64,000 nt of DNA from Candidatus Poribacteria bacterium (GCA_964291315.2 OZ219753.1:2464001-2528000); one strand, 5' to 3'; numbered from the stretch's first letter, positions 9,479-19,904 are shown. Notes: a model not told the origin generated them from the sequence alone. Program-made: numbers and translations.

Positions 9479-10768
9479 TTGCCTAGGAAAATTAGCATGA
9501 AGACAGGTCAAAAATACTCTCACTGGATGCTTGGAATGTGTATCCGATCGCTTCTAATTCTGACTGCTATTTTTTCCCTTCTATCGTCTGTCAGCGGAGC
9601 CGAAACGCCCCCCAGTTTCCAGAAAGGGGTGGAATATGTCAAATTACGGCTCTATTCACAGGCAAGGGACACTTTTAAATCTCTTTTGTCGAAACAGCCC
9701 ACGAATATAGAGGCACTTTTCCAATTGGCGAACGTCTATAAGTTGCAAGACGAGTCGGAATTAGCGATTGAGACGTTCAACAAAATTTTAAGATTCACAG
9801 ACCCGGAGGACTCACCTGCAAGCGGCAGGCTCTACGGATTAACCCATCTCGCCTTGTCCGAAATCTATTGTGAGCAGAGCAAGCTGCAAATTGCAGAACA
9901 GCACGCCAAGGTATCCGTTCAGAGGTGTCCTGCTGAGGCCGCTACACATTACCGACTCGGTTACATCTACACTCATCAAGCTAAATTTGACGAGGCACAC
10001 GCAGCCTTCAAAAATACCCTCGCGCGCAATTCCAATTTTGCTGAAGTTTACGAATGGCTGGGTCTGATCGCACTCATGCAACACAAACCACAGCAAGCTG
10101 TCCGATATTATCAGACTGCGATCCACAAAAAGCCTTACACTCAGAGCACTTATTATAATCTTGCTAAAGCTTATCGGATCCTTGGCGATACAGCGAAAGC
10201 GACCGAACAACTCAAATTGTTCGAGCAGATGAAGACCTACTACGACCAGACGTACGCCATTGAAGGGGCACTGATGGAGACCCCTGAAAATAACGCACTT
10301 CGGCTGAAATTAGCAGAGATACACCTTGCACATAGGCACACTGCTGCAGCGATTGCTACTTATCAGGCATTGATTCAATTGAACCCAACCTTTACAACCG
10401 GGTACGACAAACTGGCCCGTCTCTATATGAATCTCAATATGTCTGAGCGTGCAATTCCACTTTTCCACAAAGTCCTTGAGCTCAAACCGCATACCGTAGA
10501 AGCACACGTCCGACTCGGTTGGCTCTATACTCAATTAAAGTCCTTTGACAAGGCAGAATCACATCTACACACCGCAATAGAAAAAATGCCACAACTTACC
10601 TTAGCGTATCATGGATTAGCCGAAATTTACACAAAACGGGGACATGTTCAGAAGGCGGTAGATGTCTATGAGCATATCATTAAGATTGAACCCGGCGATA
10701 GCGCTGCTAGGGAGGCATTGCAAAACTTAGAGCGTTTAAAAAATAAGGATGCACAAACCGCCAGATGA
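9479..10768 (+). CDS. Secreted tetratricopeptide-repeat protein
   Basis: Hydrophobic N-terminal segment followed by many ~34-aa TPR units (e.g. EAHVRLGWLY, LAYHGLAEIY); exact start uncertain. Confidence 0.85.
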   Translation: MPRKISMKTGQKYSHWMLGMCIRSLLILTAIFSLLSSVSGAETPPSFQKGVEYVKLRLYSQARDTFKSLLSKQPTNIEALFQLANVYKLQDESELAIETFNKILRFTDPEDSPASGRLYGLTHLALSEIYCEQSKLQIAEQHAKVSVQRCPAEAATHYRLGYIYTHQAKFDEAHAAFKNTLARNSNFAEVYEWLGLIALMQHKPQQAVRYYQTAIHKKPYTQSTYYNLAKAYRILGDTAKATEQLKLFEQMKTYYDQTYAIEGALMETPENNALRLKLAEIHLAHRHTAAAIATYQALIQLNPTFTTGYDKLARLYMNLNMSERAIPLFHKVLELKPHTVEAHVRLGWLYTQLKSFDKAESHLHTAIEKMPQLTLAYHGLAEIYTKRGHVQKAVDVYEHIIKIEPGDSAAREALQNLERLKNKDAQTAR

Positions 10769-12491
10769 ACCTGCCGTTATGGAAAAAAAACGCCCCGACA
10801 AGAGAAGGTTATATCTCTGTCGCTTGTTTGTACTTGTACTTACTGTGACATTCACAAGTTTCCAATATTGCGTAGATGTCTCAGCAGAGCCAACTTTTGT
10901 TGATGTTACCGAGTCTGTAGGGCTGACGTTTGTGCATACTGATGGCAGAAGCGGCTTACGATTTTTCAACGAGTTTCTCGGATCCGGCGGCGGGTTCTTT
11001 GATTATGACAATGACGGTGATCTCGACATCTACCTCGTCAACGGTGCAGTTCAGATACAAAGTCCGTCGACTCAAGCACAATCTAACGCGCTCTATCGAA
11101 ACGACGGTGACGGCACCTTTACGGATGTCACAGAGGAAACAGGTGTGGGCAGCACCGCATACGGCACGGGGGCAACTGTTGGTGATTACGATAACGATGG
11201 AGACCTTGATTTGTACGTCACTAACTTCGGTGAAGATCAACTCTATAGAAACGACGGTGACGGCACATTCACAAATGTAACAACTTTTGCTGGTGTTGGT
11301 AACTCGAATTGGGGAACCAGTTGTGCTTTCGCCGATGTTGATAATGACGGTGATCTCGATCTCTATATAGCCAACTATGCGGTATATACACTAGATAACG
11401 ATATTCGATGTGAAGAGCGGGGCGTTCACGTCTACTGTGGTCCCCACGCGTATCCAGCAATTCACGATACTTTCTATAAAAACAGAGGCGACGGCACATT
11501 TACTGATGCATCACACTTATACCAACCGTCAGGACTGCTTCCGCGACACGGATTAGGTGTCACATTCGGCGACTACGATACCGATGGGGACATAGACCTT
11601 TACGTCGCAAATGATCAGGATCCAAATTTTCTCTTCCAAAACAACGGGAACGACAATTTTTTAGAGATTGCATTAATTTCAGGCGTATGCTATAATGATA
11701 TGGGTAAAGAGGAAGCCGGGATGGGAACGGATTTCGGAGATTACGACAACGACGGAAGACTCGATCTGACTGTCAGTAACTATCAGACTGAAACTAATAC
11801 CGTTTACCGCAATTACGACGGCTCCTTTTTTATCGATAGTACCATTACATCGGGCATAGCAGAAGTAACACACGGCTATCTCGGATGGGGGATTAGATTC
11901 TTTGACTACGATAATGATGGATACCAAGACATCTTCGTTGCAAATGGACACCTGATGGATAACATTACCTTGCTTGAGAAGCACGTCAGTTACCCACAGC
12001 GGAATCTCCTATTCAGAAATATGGGCAATGGCACATTTGTGAATGTTATCTCGAGAACAGACGGTTTAGCCCTGAAAAAAGTGAGTCGTGGTGCTGCTAT
12101 CGGTGATTACGACAATGATGGAGACCTTGATATTCTCGTTACCAACTGCAATCAACGGCCCGATCTGCTCCAGAATGTGATCGGCAACCAAAACAATTGG
12201 ATACAAATCCAGGTTGTCGGACAAAAAAGCAACCGCTGTGGAATTGGTACGAGAATTAAGGTTGTAACCGAAACACACGCTCAATATCGGGAGGTGCAGA
12301 GTGGCGGGAGTTATCTCTCGTTCCACGACCTGCGTGTCCATTTTGGCGTTGGCAAAGTGGAACAGATTGAACGCCTCGAAATCCACTGGACCAGCGGACA
12401 AGTTGACAGCGAGACCGATCTTCCTGTTAACCAAAGGTTTATAGCAATTGAAGGGCGTGAGATCGTTCCCATAGATGAGTTATCTAGATAA
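10749..12491 (+). CDS. CRTAC1 / ASPIC-UnbV protein with FG-GAP repeats
   Basis: Repeated DYDNDGDLD motifs; C-terminal GGSYLSFHDLRVHFGVG...IHWTSG. Confidence 0.92.
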   Translation: MHKPPDEPAVMEKKRPDKRRLYLCRLFVLVLTVTFTSFQYCVDVSAEPTFVDVTESVGLTFVHTDGRSGLRFFNEFLGSGGGFFDYDNDGDLDIYLVNGAVQIQSPSTQAQSNALYRNDGDGTFTDVTEETGVGSTAYGTGATVGDYDNDGDLDLYVTNFGEDQLYRNDGDGTFTNVTTFAGVGNSNWGTSCAFADVDNDGDLDLYIANYAVYTLDNDIRCEERGVHVYCGPHAYPAIHDTFYKNRGDGTFTDASHLYQPSGLLPRHGLGVTFGDYDTDGDIDLYVANDQDPNFLFQNNGNDNFLEIALISGVCYNDMGKEEAGMGTDFGDYDNDGRLDLTVSNYQTETNTVYRNYDGSFFIDSTITSGIAEVTHGYLGWGIRFFDYDNDGYQDIFVANGHLMDNITLLEKHVSYPQRNLLFRNMGNGTFVNVISRTDGLALKKVSRGAAIGDYDNDGDLDILVTNCNQRPDLLQNVIGNQNNWIQIQVVGQKSNRCGIGTRIKVVTETHAQYREVQSGGSYLSFHDLRVHFGVGKVEQIERLEIHWTSGQVDSETDLPVNQRFIAIEGREIVPIDELSR

Positions 12492-12498
12492 AGCTATA

Positions 12499-12527
12499 AA
12501 AGTGTTAGCATTTCGATGCTAACTTTG
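12499..12527 (+). terminator. Hairpin, probable terminator
   Basis: gttagcat-ttcg-atgctaac followed by ttt, just after the CRTAC1 stop. Confidence 0.5.
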
Positions 12528-12612
12528 TAGAGTCCACCAATCTCTGGTGGTTACAAACCGAGGTTTCTATAGAAATTTATAGAGACACTCAGGTTCAAAA
12601 GGAACAATTACA

Positions 12613-13389
12613 ATGAGAAACCTATCTATTATTTTGGCATTGGTCGTGTTTGCGGCCTCTTCCGCCTACGCGCTGAATGAGCCAGAAGATTCGCTCATTC
12701 TCTATTTTTCATTCGATGAACTCGACAACGAAAACACTATTGACCATTCAAAGTATGAAAACCATGGTGAAATGGTAGGCGACCCAAAGCATGTTGAGGG
12801 TAAATTTGGAAATGCCCTAGAATTAAATGGCGAAAGCGACTGGGTTGTCGTCCCGCACGATGAAATCCTTACTGTTGATGAGAGCGTCACGGTCATGGCT
12901 TGGATCAATACCGAGCGTCATGAAGGGCCTGGTGGTCAACGATGGCAAGGTATTCTTTCAAAGAGCAACAATCCGCGCTCTTATAGTTTCTACACGGAGT
13001 CCCCGAGTGGATGTCTGCACCTCAGTGTCGGTGGTGCCGGAAGCGTTTGCAACAAAAAAGTACCGCTGAATGAATGGGTTCATGTCGCCGCCCAAGTTGA
13101 TGAAGATGCAACACATAGGTATTGGGTGAATGGCGAAATTGCTGGTGAATTTGGAGGCAAAAGTAATCCCCCTGGTAAAGCTGATCAAGACGATGTCCTT
13201 GTTGGGAAAACGCATGAGGGACAACGCGAATTCCTTGGATTGATCGACGAAGTGCGTATCTGGAACCGTGCCTTAACTGAAGAAGAAGTTATTGAACAGA
13301 TGGAGATTGGCTACTTTGAGATTTTTGCTGTCGACCCACGCCAAAAACTCACCACAAGTTGGGGACACTTGAAAACGTCAGAACGATAA
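12613..13389 (+). CDS. Secreted LamG-like jellyroll protein
   Basis: Signal peptide, LILYFSFDE, GKFGNALEL, GLIDEVRIWNRAL; C-terminal AVDPRQKLTTSWGHLK. Confidence 0.9.
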   Translation: MRNLSIILALVVFAASSAYALNEPEDSLILYFSFDELDNENTIDHSKYENHGEMVGDPKHVEGKFGNALELNGESDWVVVPHDEILTVDESVTVMAWINTERHEGPGGQRWQGILSKSNNPRSYSFYTESPSGCLHLSVGGAGSVCNKKVPLNEWVHVAAQVDEDATHRYWVNGEIAGEFGGKSNPPGKADQDDVLVGKTHEGQREFLGLIDEVRIWNRALTEEEVIEQMEIGYFEIFAVDPRQKLTTSWGHLKTSER

Positions 13390-13464
13390 AACTTGATGCG
13401 CGTGCTTCTGAATCATGAATTTGGTTCTAAGCTCGCGCCTTGCTATGAAAGAGAGGTAAAATAG

Positions 13465-14226
13465 ATGAAAGTATTTTTTTCCACACTAGCGTTGGTTGCA
13501 CTCGCGATATCTTTAGCTCATGCTGCGGATCCGTCCGATGAATCCCTTATTCTCTATTTCTCTTTTGATGAACTGAAGGGCGATATGGTTACGGATCATT
13601 CGCAATACGAAAATGATGGCATCATTGCTGGTGCTCCTGAGTTAGTTGCGGGAAAGTTCGGCAATGCCCTTAAATTCAACGGGCAGAGCGATTGGGTCGA
13701 AGTACCGCACGCCGACATCCTTACTGTTGATCAGGATGTCACCGTCATGGCTTGGATTAATGCTGAGCGACACACAGGTCCTAACGACGCGCGATGGCAA
13801 GGTATTCTCTCAAAAGGGAACGGGCCCCGCTCTTACAGCTTCTACACAGAATCTCCGAGCGAATGTCTCCATCTCAGCGCTGGCGGCAGTGGGAGCGTTT
13901 GCACCGGGAAAATCGCACTCAATGAGTGGCAGCATGTCGTCGCACATGTAGAGAACGGCATGCATCGGTATTGGCTCAACGGAGAAAATGTTGGTGAATT
14001 CGGTGATAAGAATGCACTACCAGGCGCTGCTGACACCGCCGATGTCCTCGTGGGGAAAACGCACGAAGGTGAGCGTGAATTTCTGGGATTAATAGATGAA
14101 GTGCGCATCTGGAATCGCGCCCTCGATGAAGACGAAATTCGTGCAGAAATGAACATATCGCTAACACCGGTTGACCCGCTTGGAAAATTATCTATAACTT
14201 GGGCAACCCTAAAATCTCAAAAGTAA
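13465..14226 (+). CDS. Secreted LamG-like jellyroll protein, tandem paralogue
   Basis: Highly similar to the upstream gene (PRSYSFYTESPS, DVLVGKTHEG, GLIDEVRIWNRAL); C-terminal PVDPLGKLSITWATLK. Confidence 0.9.
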   Translation: MKVFFSTLALVALAISLAHAADPSDESLILYFSFDELKGDMVTDHSQYENDGIIAGAPELVAGKFGNALKFNGQSDWVEVPHADILTVDQDVTVMAWINAERHTGPNDARWQGILSKGNGPRSYSFYTESPSECLHLSAGGSGSVCTGKIALNEWQHVVAHVENGMHRYWLNGENVGEFGDKNALPGAADTADVLVGKTHEGEREFLGLIDEVRIWNRALDEDEIRAEMNISLTPVDPLGKLSITWATLKSQK

Positions 14227-14305
14227 GTATAATTGTTTTGTAATCAGGTGTGATTTAAAATTGCACCTGACCCCTCTATTTTCTGAGAGGAGAACTTACA
14301 GCATT

Positions 14306-14707
14306 ATGAACGGAAAATTTATCCCAGCTGCGGACGTAGAACGAGACAACCTCGACTGGGGAACAATCGGATGGCTCAGTCGACCAGAAAGCACAAACGC
14401 CAAGGACATCGTCGCTATGGAAGTTAGCCTCTCCCCCGGATACGGACACGACTTCCACAAACATCCGGAGCAGGAAGAGGTCATTTACGTTATAGCAGGC
14501 AGCGTGGAACAGTGGCTCGAAGATAAAAAACAGGTGCTCAACGCAGGCGATTCTGTGTTCATTCCTGCCGATATGGTTCATGCTTCCTTTAATATCTCCG
14601 ACCGGCCCGCGAAATTGTTGGTCACTCTGAGCCCGTCTAAAGGAGCAGAGGGGTACCAACTCGTCGATGTCTATGATCAAGCCCCGTGGAATTCGCTTCG
14701 CGCCTGA
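14306..14707 (+). CDS. Cupin-domain protein
   Basis: HDFHKHPEQEEVIYVIAG and GDSVFIPADMVH cupin motifs; RBS gaggag upstream. Confidence 0.88.
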   Translation: MNGKFIPAADVERDNLDWGTIGWLSRPESTNAKDIVAMEVSLSPGYGHDFHKHPEQEEVIYVIAGSVEQWLEDKKQVLNAGDSVFIPADMVHASFNISDRPAKLLVTLSPSKGAEGYQLVDVYDQAPWNSLRA

Positions 14708-15564
14708 TCCATGTGAACGAGTCCTCTGCGAAACCTGGTGGAATGGTGACCGGATTTAATAATTTAAAAACCCGCGTGCGGATGCGCGAATTCTACGAGA
14801 CATCGGAAACTTATAAGAGACTCTTAGACGCACATGACGAAGGGTATCTCCGACATTACGTAGAATTAGTAATCCATCATGCTCCATCTCAGTCTAAGAT
14901 ACTTGACGTGGGATGTGGAAACGGGATCTCCGCGAGACTCCTCAATCAGGCAGACTTCGATGTTGTGGGCACGGATATTTCCCCGCTCTTCCTTGAAGAA
15001 GCACTGCGGTGGGAAAATCCACGGCTCCACTATCGCGTCTGTGACGTAATGGAACTTCCCTTTGAAAGTGAGTCGTTCGATGTTATCTGCTCCAACGAAC
15101 TGATTGAGCACCTACCCGACGTGGAGACAGCACTCACCGAAATGATGAGGGTTGTCCGTAAGGGCGGTAGGATTGTGATTTCTGGACCGAATCTGTGCTC
15201 CCCGTTAATACCACTCTTCGATTGGTTATCGTTGATGTCTGGCAAATCTGGCAGGCCTGTCTGGGGGGAAACAAAGCTGCAAGCACTCAAGCAGTTTATG
15301 CGAAACTGCAGGCTCTACATAAGGAAGCGATTTTTGGCAAAATCTACATACTTCATTTATCGTGAACCCGATTTGCAGGCACATGCCATCGGGGGTGATG
15401 CCGACAGTGCGTATTATGCGAGTCCAATTGATCTTGCCCAATTTTTCCGACGTAACGGATGCACTATTGTCAAGAAAGCAGTCGGGTTTGGCATAAAAGG
15501 TAAAATCATTGCGCGTACTTTGCCGTATCTCAGCCCTTACATCGCTATGGTCGTCCGGAAATGA
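14686..15564 (+). CDS. Class I SAM-dependent methyltransferase
   Basis: ILDVGCGNG, ELPFESESFDVI, RVVRKGG; the true start is probably downstream. Confidence 0.88.
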   Translation: MEFASRLIHVNESSAKPGGMVTGFNNLKTRVRMREFYETSETYKRLLDAHDEGYLRHYVELVIHHAPSQSKILDVGCGNGISARLLNQADFDVVGTDISPLFLEEALRWENPRLHYRVCDVMELPFESESFDVICSNELIEHLPDVETALTEMMRVVRKGGRIVISGPNLCSPLIPLFDWLSLMSGKSGRPVWGETKLQALKQFMRNCRLYIRKRFLAKSTYFIYREPDLQAHAIGGDADSAYYASPIDLAQFFRRNGCTIVKKAVGFGIKGKIIARTLPYLSPYIAMVVRK

Positions 15565-16385
15565 ACATTCGTGCTAGTGATTTTGTCTTAGAGATAGGCA
15601 GCGGTCATAATCCGAAGAGACGTTCCGATGTTTTGTGTGACAAGCACTTCGCAGACGATGAACAGCGCGGCGGCAAAATCGTCGCTGATCGACCTATAGT
15701 AGAGGCAGACGGGCAGTTTCTCCCGTTCATGGACAATGCTTTTGATTACGTTATCTGTTCACATGTTTTGGAGCACGTGGAGGATCCGAAGCGGCTAATT
15801 GCAGAATTGACGCGCGTGGCGAACCGCGGCTACATTGAAACCCCTTCTGAAATCGGCGAGCGGATTTATGGATGGCACTATCACAACTGGGTCGTCAATC
15901 TAATTGGCAACCGTTTGATACTACAGAAAAACAACAAAAACCCTCAATTTGGGCAACTTTTTCATACATTGGCGGCGAAAGACAAGCATTGGAAACGGTT
16001 TCATATTACGCACCACAGTCTTTTCCTTGTCCAATACGAGTGGGAAAACGAAATAGACTACGAAATACTGCTAGAGCAAGGTTCTCCGCTGGATCTGGAA
16101 TGTTCTGAAACGTTGGAGAAGTTCGTCGCATCGAATAGAGGCACTTCCGCGCACAGACACTGGCTGCTCATGCTTAAAAGTGCAGTGCCACGAAGCGTCG
16201 TCTCCCGTGCGAAGTCTTTCTTAGCAAAGGGGACCCGGAAGCGCCAGAGGAAGACCCTACAAGAGATTCTTGTCTGTCCGCGGTGTAAATCCGAAATTAC
16301 ATGGGAAGAAGAGAGCCTCTATTGCAAAATCTGTGAACGGTGTTACCCTATTATTGATGGGATCCCGAGATTTCTTCAAGCATGA
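15561..16385 (+). CDS. SAM-dependent methyltransferase with C-terminal Trm112-like domain
   Basis: VLEIGSG, LPFMDNAFDYVICSHVLEH; C-terminal LVCPRCK...CKICERCYPIIDGIPRFL; ATGA overlap with the upstream gene. Confidence 0.82.
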   Translation: MNIRASDFVLEIGSGHNPKRRSDVLCDKHFADDEQRGGKIVADRPIVEADGQFLPFMDNAFDYVICSHVLEHVEDPKRLIAELTRVANRGYIETPSEIGERIYGWHYHNWVVNLIGNRLILQKNNKNPQFGQLFHTLAAKDKHWKRFHITHHSLFLVQYEWENEIDYEILLEQGSPLDLECSETLEKFVASNRGTSAHRHWLLMLKSAVPRSVVSRAKSFLAKGTRKRQRKTLQEILVCPRCKSEITWEEESLYCKICERCYPIIDGIPRFLQA

Positions 16386-16427
16386 TAAGTTTTATTAATC
16401 GGTTGATTGTAAACTTCGGTAAAAAAT

Positions 16428-17390
16428 ATGGAATCGCAAAAAAATAGTATAGAGGATCGAAATATCGTGATTATTGGCGGCGGGACCGCTGGTTTTGCGG
16501 CAGGTATCTATACCTCTCGCGCAATGCTTGAGCCTGTTCTGATTACAGGTGATGCGCTCGGTGGACAGCTCTCCCTGACGCTTGACTTGGAAAACTACCC
16601 CGGTTTCTTCGGCAACGAAGCGAGTGTATTCATACAAGGCATGCAGGAACAAGCAGAAAGGTTTGGTACCGAAGTCAAATTCGACACCGTAACAGCAGTT
16701 GACTTTTCTCAGCATCCGTTTGCTGTTACAACTGCTGAGACGGAATACCGCGCCAAATCGGTGATTATCTGCACCGGCGCTTCGCCTCGCACTCTTAATA
16801 TTCCGGGTGAGGAGCAATACGGGGGGCGCGGGGTCTCATATTGCGCCACATGTGACGGGTTCTTCTTCCAGGACCAACGCCTCATCGTTGTCGGTGGTGG
16901 CGATGCAGCGTTGGAGGAAGGTATCTTTCTTACCAAATACGCGTCCGAGGTATACATCGTCCATCGGCGCGATCAACTCCGAGCAAGCCAGATTATGCAG
17001 GAACGTGCCTTCAAAAACGATAAGATCAAGTTTATCTGGGACACTATCGTCGAAGATATCACGGGCGATACTGAAAAAGTGACCGGGGCTACCCTCAAAA
17101 ACGTTAAAACCGGGCAGACGCAACTCTTCCCGATTGATGGGGTTTTCATTTTCATAGGGCATATTCCAAACACAGAACTCTTTACAGATGTCATCGCTAT
17201 GGATGAGCAGGCCTATATCATCGTCGACGATATGCAGCGCACAAACATAAGAGGTGTCTACGCTGCTGGTGATGTACATGATCATGTATTCCGTCAGGCG
17301 ATTACCGCTGCGGGTGCGGGTGCGGCGGCCGCTATCGCTGCTGAAAAATTCGTTGCAGAATTAGAGAACCGCGCCTATCCCGGAAACTAA
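16428..17390 (+). CDS. trxB: Thioredoxin-disulfide reductase
   Basis: IIGGGTAG, GVSYCATCDG, VGGGDAALEE, HRRD, RQAITAAG. Confidence 0.96.
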   Translation: MESQKNSIEDRNIVIIGGGTAGFAAGIYTSRAMLEPVLITGDALGGQLSLTLDLENYPGFFGNEASVFIQGMQEQAERFGTEVKFDTVTAVDFSQHPFAVTTAETEYRAKSVIICTGASPRTLNIPGEEQYGGRGVSYCATCDGFFFQDQRLIVVGGGDAALEEGIFLTKYASEVYIVHRRDQLRASQIMQERAFKNDKIKFIWDTIVEDITGDTEKVTGATLKNVKTGQTQLFPIDGVFIFIGHIPNTELFTDVIAMDEQAYIIVDDMQRTNIRGVYAAGDVHDHVFRQAITAAGAGAAAAIAAEKFVAELENRAYPGN

Positions 17391-17497
17391 CAATGATGGT
17401 TTCATTGTAGGACATATCCAAATTCTGACTCCGTTATTGTTAGGAGGGGGTCCGAATCCTGACCTCGCTACTGGCAATTATTGCAGAGGAGAAATTC

Positions 17498-19123
17498 GTG
17501 TCACAAACAAAACTTGCCCTCGGCTTAGATTCAAGCACGCAAAGTTTATCTGCTACTGTCATTGATATAAACGCAGCGGAAAAATGTTTTGAGCACTCGC
17601 TTGATTATCGGGCCGATGAACGCCTCAACCGATTCGGTATCCGGGAAGATTACATTTTACCCCCAAGAGAAGAGGGCGAAGCCGAGCAGCCACCGTTGAT
17701 GTATCTCGCCTCACTGGATGCTCTGTTTGCTGATATGCGCGAAGCCGGGGTGCCGCTTGAGTCTATTCGCCTCATCAATACGTCAGGCCAACAGCATGGA
17801 CATGTCTACCTCAACCGTGACGCGGATACCCTCTTCGCACAGCTTAACACGTCACAAGGCTCTGGAGACATGCCCGATCTTAAAACCTTGCTAGAGAAGG
17901 TGTTTGCGTATCCGAATGCGCCAATCTGGATGACCGCAAATACTGTTGCACAAAGCGATGCTGTCCGAAAAGGAGTCGGTGGCAAAGCGGAGATGATTTC
18001 TCTCTCCGGTTCAGATGCACCGCTCCGGTTTACAGGGGCTGTCATGCGACGCGTCGGTGAACAGTCTCCAGAACAGTATGCGTCGACAGCAAAGATCCAG
18101 TTGATTAGCAGCTTCGTTCCAGCGGTGCTCACAGGGAATGCCAACGTACCTGTTGACTACGGCAATGCTTGCGGAATGTCGCTCATGAACTATCGGAGAA
18201 AGAGATGGGATTCCGCCCTATTAGCAGCAACTGCCCACGGTTTACCGGGCGGTGTGACGGAATTCCGGTCGAAATTACCGCCACTTGTACCGCCAGATTC
18301 CGTTGTTGGTAGTCTCGCTGCGTATTACGTTGAGAAATACGGCTTCGATCCCGGATGTGCAGTTATAGCTGGTTCAGGTGATAACCCACAGGCAAAGGTC
18401 CCCGTTGCTGGAGATCTACTCAGTCTCGGCACAAGTTTTGTTAATATGGTTTCAACGGACGGGGATACACTCGATCCAGAAGGGTTCGCCAACGCTATGT
18501 ACGATGGCATCAACCGCCCCTTTATGTTCGGATGCCGTACCAACGGCGCGATGGTCTGGGATGCCGTGAGAGCCAATTACAACTTCACAAAAGAGGAATA
18601 CGATCCCGCAGAAGCAGCGTTGCAGGCTGTCGTCCCCGGGCGATTTATGACCTTTTGGCAACCCAAAACTGAATCTTTTCCAGTTTCCGGGGTGTTTGAA
18701 CTGATACGCACCACATCGGAGCAGGCATTTGCATCAGACTATACCGGCATTATTGAAACCAGCCTCGCTGCCCTTTACACTTACTCCGCTGTTTTCACAA
18801 AACAGACACACGCACCGCTGTTTGTGACCGGCGGGGCAACGGATAGCCCGGGAATCATGCGGCGTGTTGCTGGAATCTGGAATAGACCGACGCTCCCCGT
18901 GGAAAAGGGAGGGGCATCTCTCGGAGCCGCTGTCGCAGGCGTAAAGGCTCTGTTGGCCAGAGAAGAAACTTTTGATATTGAGACTTTCAGCGCTTCTCTC
19001 TTGAGACGCGGGGAACCGATTCAACCCAACCCCGCAGATGTGGCAGCCTATCACGGTGAAGGGAAATATCTCCAGCGATTCCGTGAAAAATACGAACAAA
19101 TTACGGCAGAACATCCCATATAA
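17498..19123 (+). CDS. FGGY-family carbohydrate kinase, xylulokinase-like
   Basis: LGLDSSTQSL, SGQQHG, GSGDNP, SLGTS, VTGGA. Confidence 0.85.
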   Translation: MSQTKLALGLDSSTQSLSATVIDINAAEKCFEHSLDYRADERLNRFGIREDYILPPREEGEAEQPPLMYLASLDALFADMREAGVPLESIRLINTSGQQHGHVYLNRDADTLFAQLNTSQGSGDMPDLKTLLEKVFAYPNAPIWMTANTVAQSDAVRKGVGGKAEMISLSGSDAPLRFTGAVMRRVGEQSPEQYASTAKIQLISSFVPAVLTGNANVPVDYGNACGMSLMNYRRKRWDSALLAATAHGLPGGVTEFRSKLPPLVPPDSVVGSLAAYYVEKYGFDPGCAVIAGSGDNPQAKVPVAGDLLSLGTSFVNMVSTDGDTLDPEGFANAMYDGINRPFMFGCRTNGAMVWDAVRANYNFTKEEYDPAEAALQAVVPGRFMTFWQPKTESFPVSGVFELIRTTSEQAFASDYTGIIETSLAALYTYSAVFTKQTHAPLFVTGGATDSPGIMRRVAGIWNRPTLPVEKGGASLGAAVAGVKALLAREETFDIETFSASLLRRGEPIQPNPADVAAYHGEGKYLQRFREKYEQITAEHPI

Positions 19124-19377
19124 GGCACACCAGCCCACAAAAACGAGGCTCTTTTGTAGTGTAAACTGGCGGCTTGTGTGCGATGAGTCCAATACATTGA
19201 ACTCACGTTAACATTAACAAAAACAAACGTAAATTGGGTTTGAAACGAAAAAAAACAGCACCCTTTTCGCTCATATGGCTAATTTCTAATTTTCAATTGC
19301 CCATTCACATAGATAGATGGTCATAGCGAAACCTAACTATTCAAATACAATATATTGTTGGTCTTCGGAGTGCAAAA

Positions 19378-19896
19378 ATGAACGAGCAACTAACACACTT
19401 TGACGAAAAAGGCAACGTACGGATGGTGGATGTCGGCGGCAAGCAAGAAACCCCGCGTGTCGCGATTGCCCGTGGGCACATAACCGCTCGCCCTGAAACG
19501 CTCCGACGTATTACTGAGCAGAAGATGAAAAAGGGCGATGTTTTAGAAGTTGCACGCCTTGCAGGTATTATGGCGGCAAAGCGGACCGGCGAGCTCATTC
19601 CACTCTGTCATCCGCTCGCCTTGACTTCGATCCGCGTTGAACTCGTCATCGCAGCCGATGCATCAAGAGTTGAGATTCAAGCAGAAGTCCAGACGGTCGG
19701 ACGCACAGGCGTAGAAATGGAAGCACTCACTGCCGTGTCGGTTGCGGCATTAACTGTCTATGATATGTGTAAGGCGGTGGACAGGGATATGGTCATCGCT
19801 GATATCAGGCTAGCTAAGAAGACAGGCGGCAAAAGTGGTGATTTCATGGCGATTTCGGATGTAAATAATTCCCATGAGAAGCGGAGAAGGGGTTAG
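19378..19896 (+). CDS. moaC: Cyclic pyranopterin monophosphate synthase
   Basis: LTHFD...[37 protein letters not shown]. Confidence 0.97.
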   Translation: MNEQLTHFDEKGNVRMVDVGGKQETPRVAIARGHITARPETLRRITEQKMKKGDVLEVARLAGIMAAKRTGELIPLCHPLALTSIRVELVIAADASRVEIQAEVQTVGRTGVEMEALTAVSVAALTVYDMCKAVDRDMVIADIRLAKKTGGKSGDFMAISDVNNSHEKRRRG

Positions 19897-19904
19897 AAAA
19901 GAAA

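Noticed and set aside
19124-19377. Moco riboswitch upstream of moaC
   Set aside because: AT-rich region without a recognisable aptamer; an Rfam scan would be needed.
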